Assembly (NCBI GenBank): GCA_937625935.1
Contig: OW569352.1
Location: 310,001-374,000, forward strand
Direction: 5' to 3'
Source: Tetramitus jugosus
Taxonomy: Eukaryota; Protista; Heterolobosea
DNA length: 64,000 bases
Below are positions 1 to 11,544 of this stretch, one piece after another. Positions within the stretch are counted from its first letter, which is position 1. The number at the start of each line of letters is the position of its first letter. Position numbers and translations under genes: made by a program. The notes under the pieces were generated by a model. The model ran no database searches. It was not told the DNA's origin and saw only the letters and a program-made list of their open reading frames with translations.

Positions 1-286
1 AATTCTGGGTTCGTTTTCAGAAAGTCAAAAAAAACCGACAAGAAAAAATCAAATAAGAACATCACACACGAGCTTGAACACCGAACCAGAAGACACACAC
101 ATAGTTAACTTCTCACACGCACAACACAAGCACATTGAACTTACGATACACTCATACATACCATACATTGAATTCGTCAGTTCCACACATTTACTCCTTT
201 TAACGGACAATACAAACTTATACAAGCACAAACAAAGCTTACCCAAACAAAAATACCCAAGCAAACCCCAACACCCCAACAACTTA

Positions 287-1084
287 ATGTCCATTTTTAT
301 GCAAAACATCGCTATCAACAACAACAACAACAACATCGACATCATTATTAACAACGCCAACATCATCAACGACACCATCGCCATCAACAAGAACATTATT
401 AGAACCGAACAAGAAGAAGAAGAAGCACAACAAGTAATTATCACCGAACCAGCAGTGGCAGAAGAAGCGGAAGCGGCAGCAGTAGTAGTAGTCGAAGAGG
501 AAGAAGTAGAAGAGGAGGACATAGAGGTCAAAATAGTCAAAGAGGTCATAGAGGAGAAAAAAACTACTACTACAACAACGACTACTACCACTACTGCTAC
601 GACCACACTAGAGAAGGACATTGATTTTAAGAAGTTTAAGCAGGATAAGGATAAGCAGGACAAGGGGGATTTATATTTGCAGTTGCTGTCATTGTTTTTA
701 CTAGTTTCTTTGCACGGGGGGGATTATCTATATTATTGGCAAGGCGGCAACGGCTTGAAGGGCAATCAACAACAACAACAAGAACAACAACAAACTCCCT
801 TGCAACCCCTTCATCATCAACCCCAACATCCAGGACTCAACGACAACAACACCAATAATAATTATAATAGCAACAACAACAACAACAACAACGATAATAA
901 TAGAGTAAGAAGAAGGAGCAACAGAAGCAACATTAGAAGTAGTAGAAGAGAAAGCATTTGCCGCAGTTTTAGTAGTGAATCAAGCGTCCGACGATCATCA
1001 TTTTCTTCACGTCGCAGCTCTTCGTTTAGCTCCTTTGCTTCTTCTTGTTGCTCCTCTAGTTGTTCATTTGTTGCTTGCTGTTAA
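287..1084 (+). CDS. Low-complexity orphan ORF (or uORF in a long DIS3L2 leader)
   Basis: Open frame 74-1084 with first ATG at 287. Poly-N/E/T/Q/S tracts, one hydrophobic stretch, ends ...FVACC. No recognisable domain. Confidence 0.3.
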   Translation: MSIFMQNIAINNNNNNIDIIINNANIINDTIAINKNIIRTEQEEEEAQQVIITEPAVAEEAEAAAVVVVEEEEVEEEDIEVKIVKEVIEEKKTTTTTTTTTTTATTTLEKDIDFKKFKQDKDKQDKGDLYLQLLSLFLLVSLHGGDYLYYWQGGNGLKGNQQQQQEQQQTPLQPLHHQPQHPGLNDNNTNNNYNSNNNNNNNDNNRVRRRSNRSNIRSSRRESICRSFSSESSVRRSSFSSRRSSSFSSFASSCCSSSCSFVACC

Positions 1085-1185
1085 GCTCACTCCCGGTTAT
1101 ATATATTTTATTAGACAAAGTAGACCCACCCTACAAACTCTACCCAAACAACCCTATCGAATCAAAGAATAATACTACGGAAAGA

Positions 1186-3693
1186 ATGGTTGCTCAACAT
1201 CCTGATTCTTTGACTTCTAATCAACAACAACTTACTACTATTATTACGTCAACAACAACAACAACTATTGAAACAAAGTCCACCTCTCCCATCAAGACAC
1301 AAAAGCACAATGGAGGTGGAAGACAACAACAACAACGAAAAACAACACAACAACAAGGAATTAAAAATGTAACAATTCAAGAAAAGACGGAAGCCAAGCC
1401 GTGCGATGCAGCACAGGAAGGCGACCGCATTGCCCAAAAGAAAATCAATGGAGGCGAAGTTCCCGCTCCAACCAGTCCAAAGAAAAAAGTCCGTTCGCAC
1501 TATGAGGCTCATTTATCGGCCCTAGAAGTTGCCCAGGGTCTGCAACAAGGAACACTATTCCAAGGTCAACTAAGAATTAATTCCTTTGACAGAAATGAAG
1601 CGTATGTGACTGCTCAAGGAGTTGAAACAGATGTGTACATTTATGGAGAAAGCACAAGAAATCGTGCACTTGACAGTGATATCGTCATTATTAAGCTCAA
1701 TCCTGCGAAACAGTGGAGAAAGAGAGAAGGTAAAGATATTCAACCAACTGGCAAAGTTGTTGCAATATCACAAAAACTCAGAAAGCAAAACATTGTTGGC
1801 ATATTGAAGCCTGCCAGAGAAGAAATGTTCGTGACATCCAATGACCAATTTGCTTACTTTATACCCGTGGACAAGAGATATCCGCGCGTCATGATACCAA
1901 TCTCAGAGTGTCCACAACATTTTATGGAGAATCCAGCTGATTTACAGAAGGACCTGTTCGTGGCTTCAATATTGAAGTGGACAGCATCCTCCCCGCTGCC
2001 AGTGGGTCAACTCAAACAGTGCGTCGGAAAGTTTGGAGAATTTGAGACAGAAATCAAGTGTCTTTTGATCCAAAACGATATTCGATGCAAAGATTTTACT
2101 TCAGAGGTCCAAAATGATGCTATTGAATATGGTACTGCTCTTGATAGTCAACTCTTGAACAGTGAATTGAAAATGAGAGCAGACTTGCGTCGTGACAGAG
2201 TATTTTCGATTGATCCTTCAGGATGCAAGGACGTTGATGATACGATGTCGATTGCAAGAATTTCAGATGATATTTATGAGATTGGAGTCCATATTGCAGA
2301 TGTCTCCTTCTTTGTGAAGCCGAATAGTGCTCTTGATCATGAAGCAAGACAAAGGGCTACAAGTGTATATCTTCTCAATCATGTGATCCCAATGCTACCT
2401 AAGAATCTCTCTGAGAACCTGTGCAGTTTGAATCAAGGTGTTGATCGATTGGCATTCTCTGTGTTTATTCAAGTGAACTCTCAGGGTGCCATTGTCACCA
2501 ACTCCAACATTCCATCTGTCAGATTCTCAAAGAGCATTATACAAAATTGTTCCAAGATGTGCTATGAGACTGCCGAAGATATCATACAAGGAAAGATTGT
2601 GGATGCTTCTGACATTCCTGACAATGAGAAACCTGTCAACGATCAATCTGGAATGGATCTCATCAATGATATTTTGCTGCTCTCACAGATTACTACTAAC
2701 ATGAGAAGAGCAAGATACAATCGGGGATTGTTGGACATTATCCACGATGAATATCAATATCACTTTGATGAAAATGGTCAACCAAGTCACACAACAACCA
2801 AGCAATCAATGACAAGTTGTTCATTGGTTGAGGAATTAATGCTACTTGCTAACTCTGTTGTAGCTCAACATTTCTTGTCTACAAAGGACTCCGTATTGAG
2901 AGAGTGTGCAGTGCTAAGAAATCACAAGCGTCCCCTGCCACAGAGACTTTCTGAATTTGAGAAGTATTGCCAAGAAAACGCAAAGATCCAAGTTGACGTG
3001 TCCAATGTTTTGACTTTGAACAACGCCATCCATAAGGTTCACTCTGAAAATCAAGGCATGGGAGCTCTTCTCTTTTATCAAGTGCGTCGAGTTATGCAAC
3101 ATGCTGATTATATCAGATTGCCTGCCAACCCTAGTGATATGTTCCACTATGGATTGAACATGTCATGCTACACACACTTTACATCACCCATTCGAAGATA
3201 CTCTGATCTACTGGCTCATCGTTTGCTCTCCTCGATTGTCTGCTCAACTTCATTCCCTCACACTCCTGAACAAGTTGAGCAAATTTTGTCCACATGCAAT
3301 TCCAAACGATTGGATGTGAAGAAAGTCGAAGAACTCAGCCAAAAGGCATTCTTGTGCGACATTTATGGCAATCCAACCAAGCAACACACAGCAAGAGGAA
3401 TCATCTGTGGAATGAATCAGAAGAACTTAATTGTTTACTTCCCCAGTATTAATTCTGAGATTAGAGTACCATTTGAAGATGTTCAGTCTCTCATCAAGAA
3501 ACGAACCCACAACCGCAAGGAAAAGAAGATTACCATTGCCTGGAACACTGACAACACACCTGACACCACATTCTCCATATTTGACCTCGTTGAATGTGTG
3601 TTGGGCACAAAGGAAACCAGTGAAGCCCAGGTCGAAATCTCAGCTAGACTCCATTACGATATCCCACCAAGACAAGAACCACTCATCTCCTAA
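1186..3693 (+). CDS. DIS3L2: DIS3-like exonuclease 2 (RNB/RNase II family 3'-5' exoribonuclease)
   Basis: CSD region (RNRALDSDIV), RNB catalytic IDPSGCKDVDD and HYGLNMSCYTHFTSPIRRYSDLLAHRLL. No N-terminal PIN domain. First in-frame ATG at 1186. Confidence 0.85.
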   Translation: MVAQHPDSLTSNQQQLTTIITSTTTTTIETKSTSPIKTQKHNGGGRQQQQRKTTQQQGIKNVTIQEKTEAKPCDAAQEGDRIAQKKINGGEVPAPTSPKKKVRSHYEAHLSALEVAQGLQQGTLFQGQLRINSFDRNEAYVTAQGVETDVYIYGESTRNRALDSDIVIIKLNPAKQWRKREGKDIQPTGKVVAISQKLRKQNIVGILKPAREEMFVTSNDQFAYFIPVDKRYPRVMIPISECPQHFMENPADLQKDLFVASILKWTASSPLPVGQLKQCVGKFGEFETEIKCLLIQNDIRCKDFTSEVQNDAIEYGTALDSQLLNSELKMRADLRRDRVFSIDPSGCKDVDDTMSIARISDDIYEIGVHIADVSFFVKPNSALDHEARQRATSVYLLNHVIPMLPKNLSENLCSLNQGVDRLAFSVFIQVNSQGAIVTNSNIPSVRFSKSIIQNCSKMCYETAEDIIQGKIVDASDIPDNEKPVNDQSGMDLINDILLLSQITTNMRRARYNRGLLDIIHDEYQYHFDENGQPSHTTTKQSMTSCSLVEELMLLANSVVAQHFLSTKDSVLRECAVLRNHKRPLPQRLSEFEKYCQENAKIQVDVSNVLTLNNAIHKVHSENQGMGALLFYQVRRVMQHADYIRLPANPSDMFHYGLNMSCYTHFTSPIRRYSDLLAHRLLSSIVCSTSFPHTPEQVEQILSTCNSKRLDVKKVEELSQKAFLCDIYGNPTKQHTARGIICGMNQKNLIVYFPSINSEIRVPFEDVQSLIKKRTHNRKEKKITIAWNTDNTPDTTFSIFDLVECVLGTKETSEAQVEISARLHYDIPPRQEPLIS

Positions 3694-3823
3694 AATCACT
3701 CCTTTATATAAACAATTTACAATATTTACTTTTTCAAAGAATGATTTGCCGAACTTTGCATTCCTCCGAAAAATCACACAAAAAACCAACTCAAATACCA
3801 CTCTTCAGAAGAATAGCAACAAC

Positions 3824-4192
3824 ATGAATGTGCAAACAAGACAAGCAAAACAAATCACGGGAGGAACAGCACCAGAGAGAGGAAGTTTCCCACTAGATCA
3901 TCTCCATGAATGCGACAACACTGTCTTCGAATACTATGTCTGTCTCAAAAAGAACAAGTACTTTGCTCAAAAGTGTAGAGTAGAGATGAGAAGTTATTTG
4001 GAGTGCAGAGTCGATAAGAAGCTCATGTCACAAGACGATTATCGTACTGCCAATTTACCCGATGTCAATGCTCCGGTTATTGATTTTGATATTGAGGATT
4101 TGAAGAAGCAGAGAAAAGCGGTGCGTAGAACGGAGCGTGTCGGAGGTGTTGGTGGATCTGGTATCGATTGGAATGAGAAGATGAAACAGTAG
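3824..4192 (+). CDS. COX19: Cytochrome c oxidase assembly protein COX19 (twin CX9C)
   Basis: PERGSFPLDHLHEC-x9-C...C-x9-C...LM signature; ATG at 3824. Confidence 0.9.
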   Translation: MNVQTRQAKQITGGTAPERGSFPLDHLHECDNTVFEYYVCLKKNKYFAQKCRVEMRSYLECRVDKKLMSQDDYRTANLPDVNAPVIDFDIEDLKKQRKAVRRTERVGGVGGSGIDWNEKMKQ

Positions 4193-4532
4193 GAGAGTAG
4201 TGTGGTTGAACCAACTGTAAACATGTTGATTGATGGTGGTGATGGTAAAATAGTAACAATGTTGTTGAACAAATCAAGGAATGATGAAATTAGATTGTCG
4301 GTAGATTGTTGCTTGATAGAATGTTTGGAAACGCGAAATGAAGGTTTATATATGGTAATGGCGTGGTATGATAGATGAGAGACATTGGGATGTGAGAGAA
4401 CAATGCACAAAAGATGTGATAACCACGGATGCACACTCTAGAGAAGGGAATGAATCAAAGATACATGCGCAATCGAAACAGAAAGCATTCATACTGTAAA
4501 TGTTCAACGAATGTAAGAACACTCGATTGTTT

Positions 4533-6077
4533 TTATTGTCGAATTGGAATCTTGTTGTTGTTGTTCTGTACAGTGATGATTTCAACGTTTTCAGTTGTAG
4601 ATTTCGTTCTTCGTTTGCTGTGGTCTAATGGCTCAATAATGAGCAATGGATTCTTCCGAGCAAGAACATCCTCATTCACAGATATTCCATCGAGATAAGA
4701 TTTCAGCATGTGCCTTAACTTCTGGTTTTGTTCGACAAGATGCTCCTTCTCCTGTTTCAATGCCACTTTGTCCAGAAGCACTTTGTTAAATTTCTTGTAA
4801 AACCGCGAGAGAAGTTCCCAATCACTTTGTGGAACATCTTCTTGGTTCATTCCTTCATGAAGTTGGGCCATCATTTGATCTTCATCCACTTGCTCCTGGT
4901 TCATATCATCATGGCTTGTCATATCCTGGGTCGAGTTCGTCAGGTCCATATCGGACTCAAATGGAAGAATTTTCTCTCTTTCTGTCTCATATTTTCGACA
5001 TAACTCGGCCAATTGAAGTATTCTCTTTGCTTTCTGTAGCTTCTCCTCGAGGGTATCACTTGTTGTCTTGGCCATTTTGACCAGTTCCGCCAGTCTCTTC
5101 TTTTCTGATTCTCTGAAACGAGTCATCTTCTTCTTTAGTTCTTTGAAGTGATGAGAAAGTTGTTCTTTTTCGTAGGTTAACTGTTTGTTTCTCTCTTCAT
5201 ATTCTCTGAGGTTATTCAGCCATTTTGCTTTCCAATGTGCCAAATTCTCTTCCAAGGCTTTGATCTTTAATGTTTTCGCTTTAATCTTTTCAGTTTGTTC
5301 GTCATCTTGTTTGTTCAGAAGGATATATTTGCTGTGAGTCGCCTGCATTGTCTCCACAAAGTTTCTATTGTCAACTCTGGAGATAGACTTATATCTCTCT
5401 ATTATACCCTTCATTCGACCCTCCATCATTGTAAAATCTTCACTGTACTGCCCCTTAATGGCTTCTTTCAATCTATTATGCTCCTCTTTCATTTCTTGAT
5501 CAATTTTGTTGGCCCTTTTCTCCATTTCCATCTGAATTTCCATACACTCCAACTTATCTTCCTCATGGTTCTCTTCAATTTCTCTTTTTTCCTCTTCGAA
5601 CTCTTGTTTTAATAGATACAAATCGTTGTTGAATTCTTCCTGAAGTGTTTGAATCCTCCTTGTTTGTAAATTTAGGAGTTCGTCTATATGCTGCAAATGA
5701 GTGCGTAATGCAAGTCTAAATTGTTCCTCAGATTCATCCAAGTCTCTATACAACATCTGTATCACAGCATCCTTTCGGTCCACTTGTCTATCATGCTCTT
5801 GGGCCGCAATCTCAATCTCCTGCTGCAACTCATCAACTTTAGACTGTCTCAACAACTTTAACCAATTGTTCTTAATCTTAAATTCGTTAAATTTTGAATA
5901 TCTTTGTTCTTCGGCCCTTGTTGCATTCAATCTCTCTCGTAAGTGTTCTTCTCTCTTTCGTTTCGCCTCCTCTGCTTTCAATCGCCTCAAATCATCAATC
6001 GAATTAGGTATATCCCCAATAGGTATTGGTTCTACTTCATCGGCTGTTCCCTTTACTTGCTTACCTGCTATAGTCAT
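4533..6077 (-). CDS. DRC2: Dynein regulatory complex subunit 2 (CCDC65)
   Basis: Coiled coil with KIKNNWLKLLR...HDRQVDRKDAVIQMLYRDLDESEEQ...ALRTHL, ELCRKYETEREKILPF and LKSYLDGISVNEDVL...NPLL motifs. Confidence 0.85.
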   Translation of the reverse strand: MTIAGKQVKGTADEVEPIPIGDIPNSIDDLRRLKAEEAKRKREEHLRERLNATRAEEQRYSKFNEFKIKNNWLKLLRQSKVDELQQEIEIAAQEHDRQVDRKDAVIQMLYRDLDESEEQFRLALRTHLQHIDELLNLQTRRIQTLQEEFNNDLYLLKQEFEEEKREIEENHEEDKLECMEIQMEMEKRANKIDQEMKEEHNRLKEAIKGQYSEDFTMMEGRMKGIIERYKSISRVDNRNFVETMQATHSKYILLNKQDDEQTEKIKAKTLKIKALEENLAHWKAKWLNNLREYEERNKQLTYEKEQLSHHFKELKKKMTRFRESEKKRLAELVKMAKTTSDTLEEKLQKAKRILQLAELCRKYETEREKILPFESDMDLTNSTQDMTSHDDMNQEQVDEDQMMAQLHEGMNQEDVPQSDWELLSRFYKKFNKVLLDKVALKQEKEHLVEQNQKLRHMLKSYLDGISVNEDVLARKNPLLIIEPLDHSKRRTKSTTENVEIITVQNNNNKIPIRQ

Positions 6078-6221
6078 ATCTCCTCTTTATTTCTTGCTCT
6101 TCTTCACTGTTCGTAGTGTTTCTCTCGAGCGGGAAATGTTGCTTTAACCGCCGAACCATAAACACCAAAAAATTCAATACACCAACCTCTACGAAGAAGA
6201 ACACAAACAGTCTGAGTGATC

Positions 6222-8033
6222 ATGTTTCCCAATCACTCTCAAAAACAGTCATACATTGACCTTTGGCATGAATTCTGCTTCGAATGCCAAAAGCTTTCTC
6301 TTGTTGAAAATCTTTCTCCTATTCCACTCAAGAAGGCCTTTCAATCCTTGTCGGACAAGAGTCTCACTCTACTAGTAGATGTCGATGCGGTTGATGGTCT
6401 TGAGAACAATGGTGACGATGATGATTCAGTCTTCTCCTCTGGTCTCCCTCTCAAAGCCAATGTCGCTATTTCTCCGACAACAGATCGAAAAACGCGGGAA
6501 GCACTCTTGTCGTTGCAACAGATGGATATGAGTCGGTTTATGGACCACTCTCAGAATTATGTTTGGATACTAAAGAGTGCATTGACCAATTTGGACCAAT
6601 TGTTTATCAATCGAACACCACATGTGACAAACTATCATAATGATAGCAGTAGAAGTGATGAATATGGTGATAATAATAATAATAGTAGTAGTAGTAGTGG
6701 TAGTAGTAGTAGTCGGAGTGGTGAAGATGATGATCAAGTGCAATCATGTTGGATCACATTGTCCAATCATAGAGTAAGAGACGAATTGGAACAAATCATG
6801 TATCAGCTTTCATCTGCCTACTATCAATTGTTTCACGAGTACTATAATTATGATGACCGAGAGGATGAACATGCTCGGTTCATGCTTCAAGAAGATGAGA
6901 ATTATGACGATAACGAGTATGAAGATGATGAAGATGTGGTGGACAATACACAACAAGATTGGTTGTGCAAAAACAAAAATTATCATTGTGGAATGAAAAC
7001 GAGTGAAATGTCAAAATATGGCTATTCTAGTGGAAGTGAAAGCGATGGTGAAGATATGGATTATTTAGGTTATACAATGATGGATCAATCGATTGTGATG
7101 GACGATGTTGATGTGGCAGAGTTCTTTGCTGATTACACGCTATCGACCAATTCAAAGAAAGAGGAAACAAAGTTTGAAAAGTATGAACAGTTGATGAAAA
7201 GTGTGCAAACGACGATACAGGTGCTGTCTTCTCTCGGATGGCTCTTTTATGGAGTGTACTGTGCACACTATCGATATAAGCGAAGAAAGAGGCATGATGA
7301 GCGAATTTTAAGCTTGACGCGGCAGCAAAACATTGATGCATCAATGATACCGCACCAGTTCGAAATTTTTGAATCTTCCATGACATTCTTGGGTGTGTTT
7401 AGTGAATTGTATCGTATTCATCGTATCGTTACTTCATTCTGGTGGAATGGTGGTATGGTTGGCGTGTTGAATTGGCTTGTTGTCAAGTGGATTCTTCGCA
7501 AGTTGGCACCTATTTCTCTCAAGTGGAGTCTAAAATACCTCGAGCAAGACAATACAGAAAACGATGAGCAAGAGGAAATGAAGAGACCCTCTCTCACCCC
7601 CATTATTACCAGCCCTAATGTTAAACGAACGCCAACAATTCAAAGAATTACACCACGGAAACCAAAGAAGACTGTACAAATTTGTACCTCGGATTTCGTC
7701 ATCCCTTGTCAGCGGTCGGGTGTGGCCATCACGAATCCAGTTGCCAGTGACCTAGAGTGTGTCTCTGAGTCCAAGGAAAGTGATTCGCTAAAGACAGCTC
7801 TCATACGAGTCATGGATATGTTGCGGAGGCACAAACTGTGCCGCGAAAGAATCGAGTGCCAGTTGCGAAACCTCAATGACAAGCAATTGTATGTGAACTG
7901 TCCCAAACCTTTGTCTCTCACACCAAAGAAAACGTCTTGGAAACGCGAGCATGTCTCTTGGGAACAAGCCGAAAAATGCAGCCGGAACTTGAACGCCGAA
8001 GTCAACAATCTATTTCAGCAGCATTTCACATAA
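6222..8033 (+). CDS. Hypothetical protein with acidic/low-complexity region and 2-3 hydrophobic segments
   Basis: About 600 aa open frame, ATG at 6222; no family recognised. Confidence 0.6.
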   Translation: MFPNHSQKQSYIDLWHEFCFECQKLSLVENLSPIPLKKAFQSLSDKSLTLLVDVDAVDGLENNGDDDDSVFSSGLPLKANVAISPTTDRKTREALLSLQQMDMSRFMDHSQNYVWILKSALTNLDQLFINRTPHVTNYHNDSSRSDEYGDNNNNSSSSSGSSSSRSGEDDDQVQSCWITLSNHRVRDELEQIMYQLSSAYYQLFHEYYNYDDREDEHARFMLQEDENYDDNEYEDDEDVVDNTQQDWLCKNKNYHCGMKTSEMSKYGYSSGSESDGEDMDYLGYTMMDQSIVMDDVDVAEFFADYTLSTNSKKEETKFEKYEQLMKSVQTTIQVLSSLGWLFYGVYCAHYRYKRRKRHDERILSLTRQQNIDASMIPHQFEIFESSMTFLGVFSELYRIHRIVTSFWWNGGMVGVLNWLVVKWILRKLAPISLKWSLKYLEQDNTENDEQEEMKRPSLTPIITSPNVKRTPTIQRITPRKPKKTVQICTSDFVIPCQRSGVAITNPVASDLECVSESKESDSLKTALIRVMDMLRRHKLCRERIECQLRNLNDKQLYVNCPKPLSLTPKKTSWKREHVSWEQAEKCSRNLNAEVNNLFQQHFT

Positions 8034-8065
8034 ATTGAATTGTCATAAATTAGAGCTTTATTGAC

Positions 8066-10216
8066 TTACAAACTCATTCCCATATCTTCATCTTCATGGC
8101 CATGCCCTGGTGGTGGCAGGCTGCTTGAATTGACATTGAATTGTGTGTAGCCAGGTGAAAGCGGTTCTGCAGCAGATGTCGAGTTTTCATTCTCCGTCAG
8201 ACGGAAAGGTCTGGTATTCTTGGACACTACATCTCCAAATAATTGCATGGTCGTGTTCGAATCTATGGCTGATAAACTAGCTTCAGACTCGCTTAGGCTT
8301 GGACTCGAGCAAGAAAGATTTGAGGCAGTGGACACCTGAGCAGCATACGTATAAAAACCAGTATTGGAACCTGTTCGTGAGTGTTGACCCCTCACTGGTT
8401 TTTCAGCACTCGAAGATGCATTGGAATTTCTTGGTGATGTCGACTTTGGTGGTGTTGCAGTCGTCCTGTTCACAGGTGCTGGGACAGTCTGTGGCACTCG
8501 AGGCACATCTCCGGCCTGAATTTGAGACACGATATGCGTGTAGTCCTCCTGGAATTGCTGCGATGAGAGTGTAAGAGCAAGATTGTGCAACAAGATGCGA
8601 AGGCATTCCTTGTCTGGTGGAGACAGAGTGGCCATGATGGCAGCAGGGTTGGATCGTGCAGGATCGAACAAGGCACCCAACAAGGCATAAATCTTTGTGA
8701 AATTAGGTGCATTCGGTGCGGACAGAATTTGACTCACTCGATCTCTTTGACTTGGACGATTATCATCTGCAATCTCTGCTCTCTCTTCATCGTCACTCAC
8801 GTGACCATCATTGGCAGCATCGTCCTGATCCTCTGTGCTCACACCATGAGCAAGGTACTCTTGATTGGGAAGTCTCTGAGCCATATCCACAATATCCTTG
8901 GTTCTCATATTGTCAAACATGTCATCTTCTCCATCGTCTTCGTACCCTTCCATGAGTTCATCCAGTCCATACCAGTCTGCAATGCTCGTGAATCCCTCAT
9001 GATTCGACAGCTCCTCAATCTCATTCTTCAAATCTTGACAATGTTGCAACACAGCCTGAGTGTTCAACACTTTTCTCACTTGTCGATCAAGAGCAGTCTG
9101 CAGCTCACGAGCCGGCAAGTCCTTCACTTGTTCAATAAATGGAATGTTCACAAGTGTTTTCAGAGAAGAGGTATCATAATTGCTAGTGATGGTAGCTCTG
9201 CTGGCCAGTGCCTCCATTTGTTCATCTGATGATGGAACAACAGAGCTGCTGCTACTGCTACTGGCGGTGGTGGTAGCAGCAGAAGGACCGCCCGTGGGAG
9301 GTGGCATTGAGTTCAAGGCAGCATTTTGCATCAGACCCTGTTGAGTCCACAATTGAATCATTTGAGGCGTGGTCAAATAAGAACTGGCGAGTGCCTCGGG
9401 AGTAGAGAAGATGGTAGGAGGTACCAGTGTGGATGAAACAGAGCTTTGAGTAGATGATGATGATGGTGGTGGAGGCACAGTGGCATTGCTGACTGCTGCT
9501 GTAGATGCACTGCTATTGTTATTGACTGGTTTGGAGGAGTTGTTGGCAGTGGAGGAAGATGGAAGAGAAGGTGGAGGAGGAATTGCAGTTGACGCCAAGT
9601 GAATGGCAGAGGCTGCAGTGTTTGCTGGTATTATTATGGGAGGCGGAGGTAACATGGAAAAGTTGGTGGTTGATGATGTATTTCTATTATTATTATTATT
9701 ATTGATGGTATTGTTATTGATATTTGTATTGTTGTTTGTTGTTGTGTTTGTAGTTGTGGAGGTAATGGAGGTATGATTTGCATCACCAGCAGTAGAAAAG
9801 GATGGAAGTGAAGATGTGCTGGTGGGACTGGAAGTGGAGAAGGATGGTGTGTTGGGTGGGGAAGTGGGTGATGCAGAACTGGTGGGTGAGGATGCAAAAT
9901 GGTGTTGTTGATGTTGATTGCCCGTGGATATTCCACCAACCATATTGTTTTGCTTGCGCTTTGATCGTGGTGGTGGAATATCATCCAAATGACCCAATTT
10001 TTGCATTTTGATAAAGTATTTTTGAGCGTGTGAACGAATTTGTTTGCTGGTTTTTGACTTGACAAGTTGTTGAATTTGTTTCCAGTCTCGATTGAAAAGT
10101 TTCAGTCCTTCCACAAATAGCTTGTGTTCTTCTTCAGTCCATTTTTCACGTTGCTTCGTTTGAGTGTATGGTTTTCTTGGTTTGTTTGCTTTTGGTGCTT
10201 TTTCTTCAGCTGGCAT
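8066..10216 (-). CDS. SHAQKYF-class MYB transcription factor, REVEILLE8/LCL-like
   Basis: [18 protein letters not shown]...[10 protein letters not shown]...PPPRSKRK, plus C-terminal [16 protein letters not shown]...[12 protein letters not shown] resembling the LCL domain. Confidence 0.85.
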   Translation of the reverse strand: MPAEEKAPKANKPRKPYTQTKQREKWTEEEHKLFVEGLKLFNRDWKQIQQLVKSKTSKQIRSHAQKYFIKMQKLGHLDDIPPPRSKRKQNNMVGGISTGNQHQQHHFASSPTSSASPTSPPNTPSFSTSSPTSTSSLPSFSTAGDANHTSITSTTTNTTTNNNTNINNNTINNNNNNRNTSSTTNFSMLPPPPIIIPANTAASAIHLASTAIPPPPSLPSSSTANNSSKPVNNNSSASTAAVSNATVPPPPSSSSTQSSVSSTLVPPTIFSTPEALASSYLTTPQMIQLWTQQGLMQNAALNSMPPPTGGPSAATTTASSSSSSSVVPSSDEQMEALASRATITSNYDTSSLKTLVNIPFIEQVKDLPARELQTALDRQVRKVLNTQAVLQHCQDLKNEIEELSNHEGFTSIADWYGLDELMEGYEDDGEDDMFDNMRTKDIVDMAQRLPNQEYLAHGVSTEDQDDAANDGHVSDDEERAEIADDNRPSQRDRVSQILSAPNAPNFTKIYALLGALFDPARSNPAAIMATLSPPDKECLRILLHNLALTLSSQQFQEDYTHIVSQIQAGDVPRVPQTVPAPVNRTTATPPKSTSPRNSNASSSAEKPVRGQHSRTGSNTGFYTYAAQVSTASNLSCSSPSLSESEASLSAIDSNTTMQLFGDVVSKNTRPFRLTENENSTSAAEPLSPGYTQFNVNSSSLPPPGHGHEDEDMGMSL

Positions 10217-10834
10217 TGTCAGTATTGTTGTTGTTGTTGTTTTGTGATGATTGTTACTATCAGTTGGTGTTGTTGTGATTGATGTTGATGGAGTGAACTG
10301 ATGATTGATTGGAAGGAGGAAAGTGGTGTTTTTTGTTGTAAAGATCTATTTTTTTGTGATAGTGGTGGTTCAATGTCTGACTTGGTAGAGAACAGAGGAG
10401 TAATTGAAGAAGGAGAATTAAGAATACGATGGCAAAAAATTGGACTCTTGAATTGAGCAAAATTGTAGTGTAAGAGCGAGCAGCAGACAACGATTGGACA
10501 ACAGTACTAGCGTTTAGAGTTGTTTTTTTTGTTCGAATTTTGAAACACAGCAAGCGCACGCTTGTTTCTGTGTGGCAAGCTTATGAAAGTGGTAGATGAC
10601 CAACAGTCGTGTTTTATGTTCTTTTTTTGCTGTTTTTTTTATTGTGTTGGGGTGTGTGATTTTCGCGCTGCCAGGGTGTCGTTTTTCCGCTCAGAACCAA
10701 GTCCAACCTAACATTTTGGGTACCCGCTCGAAATTGAAGTAACCAAAAAAACGGTCTTGCGCGAGATCCGCAAAGCTTTTGAATGCCAAAGGTGTTGCAG
10801 GAGTAGAAGCAGAAAGCAAAAGGCAATTTGTTTG

Positions 10835-11146
10835 TTATATCCTCCATTGATGTCCACACTTGCAACACTTGTAGAATTGTGTCATGGGTTCATCAGCTGA
10901 ACGTGTCTGAAACATTTGAAAGTAAGCCGTGTCATGATAGCACTTTTCACACTTTGTTTGCACAGTTTCTGCATTGGAATCCTCTCCCAACACATCATCC
11001 ACAGCCTTCTTCTTTAATGGAAGTTCGTGTGATATTTTAGAACGGATAGTGCACACGTAGGGGCACGTCATGCAGTACCACCGTGTATTTTTATCGGTGG
11101 TCACTTCGACGAGTAAAATGTTGGAGCACGTTGGACAAAAGTACAT
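10835..11146 (-). CDS. POLR3K: RNA polymerase III subunit C11 (RPC11)
   Basis: Two zinc ribbons (FCPTCSN...CMTCPY; CEKC...CCKC) and the TFIIS-like QTRSADEPMT motif. Confidence 0.92.
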   Translation of the reverse strand: MYFCPTCSNILLVEVTTDKNTRWYCMTCPYVCTIRSKISHELPLKKKAVDDVLGEDSNAETVQTKCEKCYHDTAYFQMFQTRSADEPMTQFYKCCKCGHQWRI

Positions 11147-11544
11147 GTTTTTTTTCGTAGGCTTTTTGTAGTGGATATGAGATCACAATGTGTAATGTGA
11201 GGTCGGAGGGTAATACAGTTATGTGATGATGATGACGATGCGCACCTTGTGAAAAAACAAATTGTGAAATGTTCAAGTTGAAAAGCTTTTTCTTTTTCGT
11301 TGCGTGTTTCTTCTTTTTCCTTTGGTCGTGGTTTTTCCTTCCTCGAACGGAGAACTACGGGGAAATCGGAGGTTTCGTTGTTCCATCCAACGTCTACCAA
11401 GGAGCGCCCCTTCTGACTTCGAAAAGCCATCAAAACACAAAACCCTGAAAGCAACAGCTCTCAAAAGAAGAAGAGAAACCCACCTTCGAATAACAACAAC
11501 AGTCAAACTTTACCTATTCAACTATTTTTATTGAGTTGTGATCA

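Noticed and set aside
1060-1084. Programmed -1 frameshift joining the first ORF to DIS3L2
   Set aside because: No slippery heptamer in the overlap, and DIS3L2 has its own ATG at 1186.
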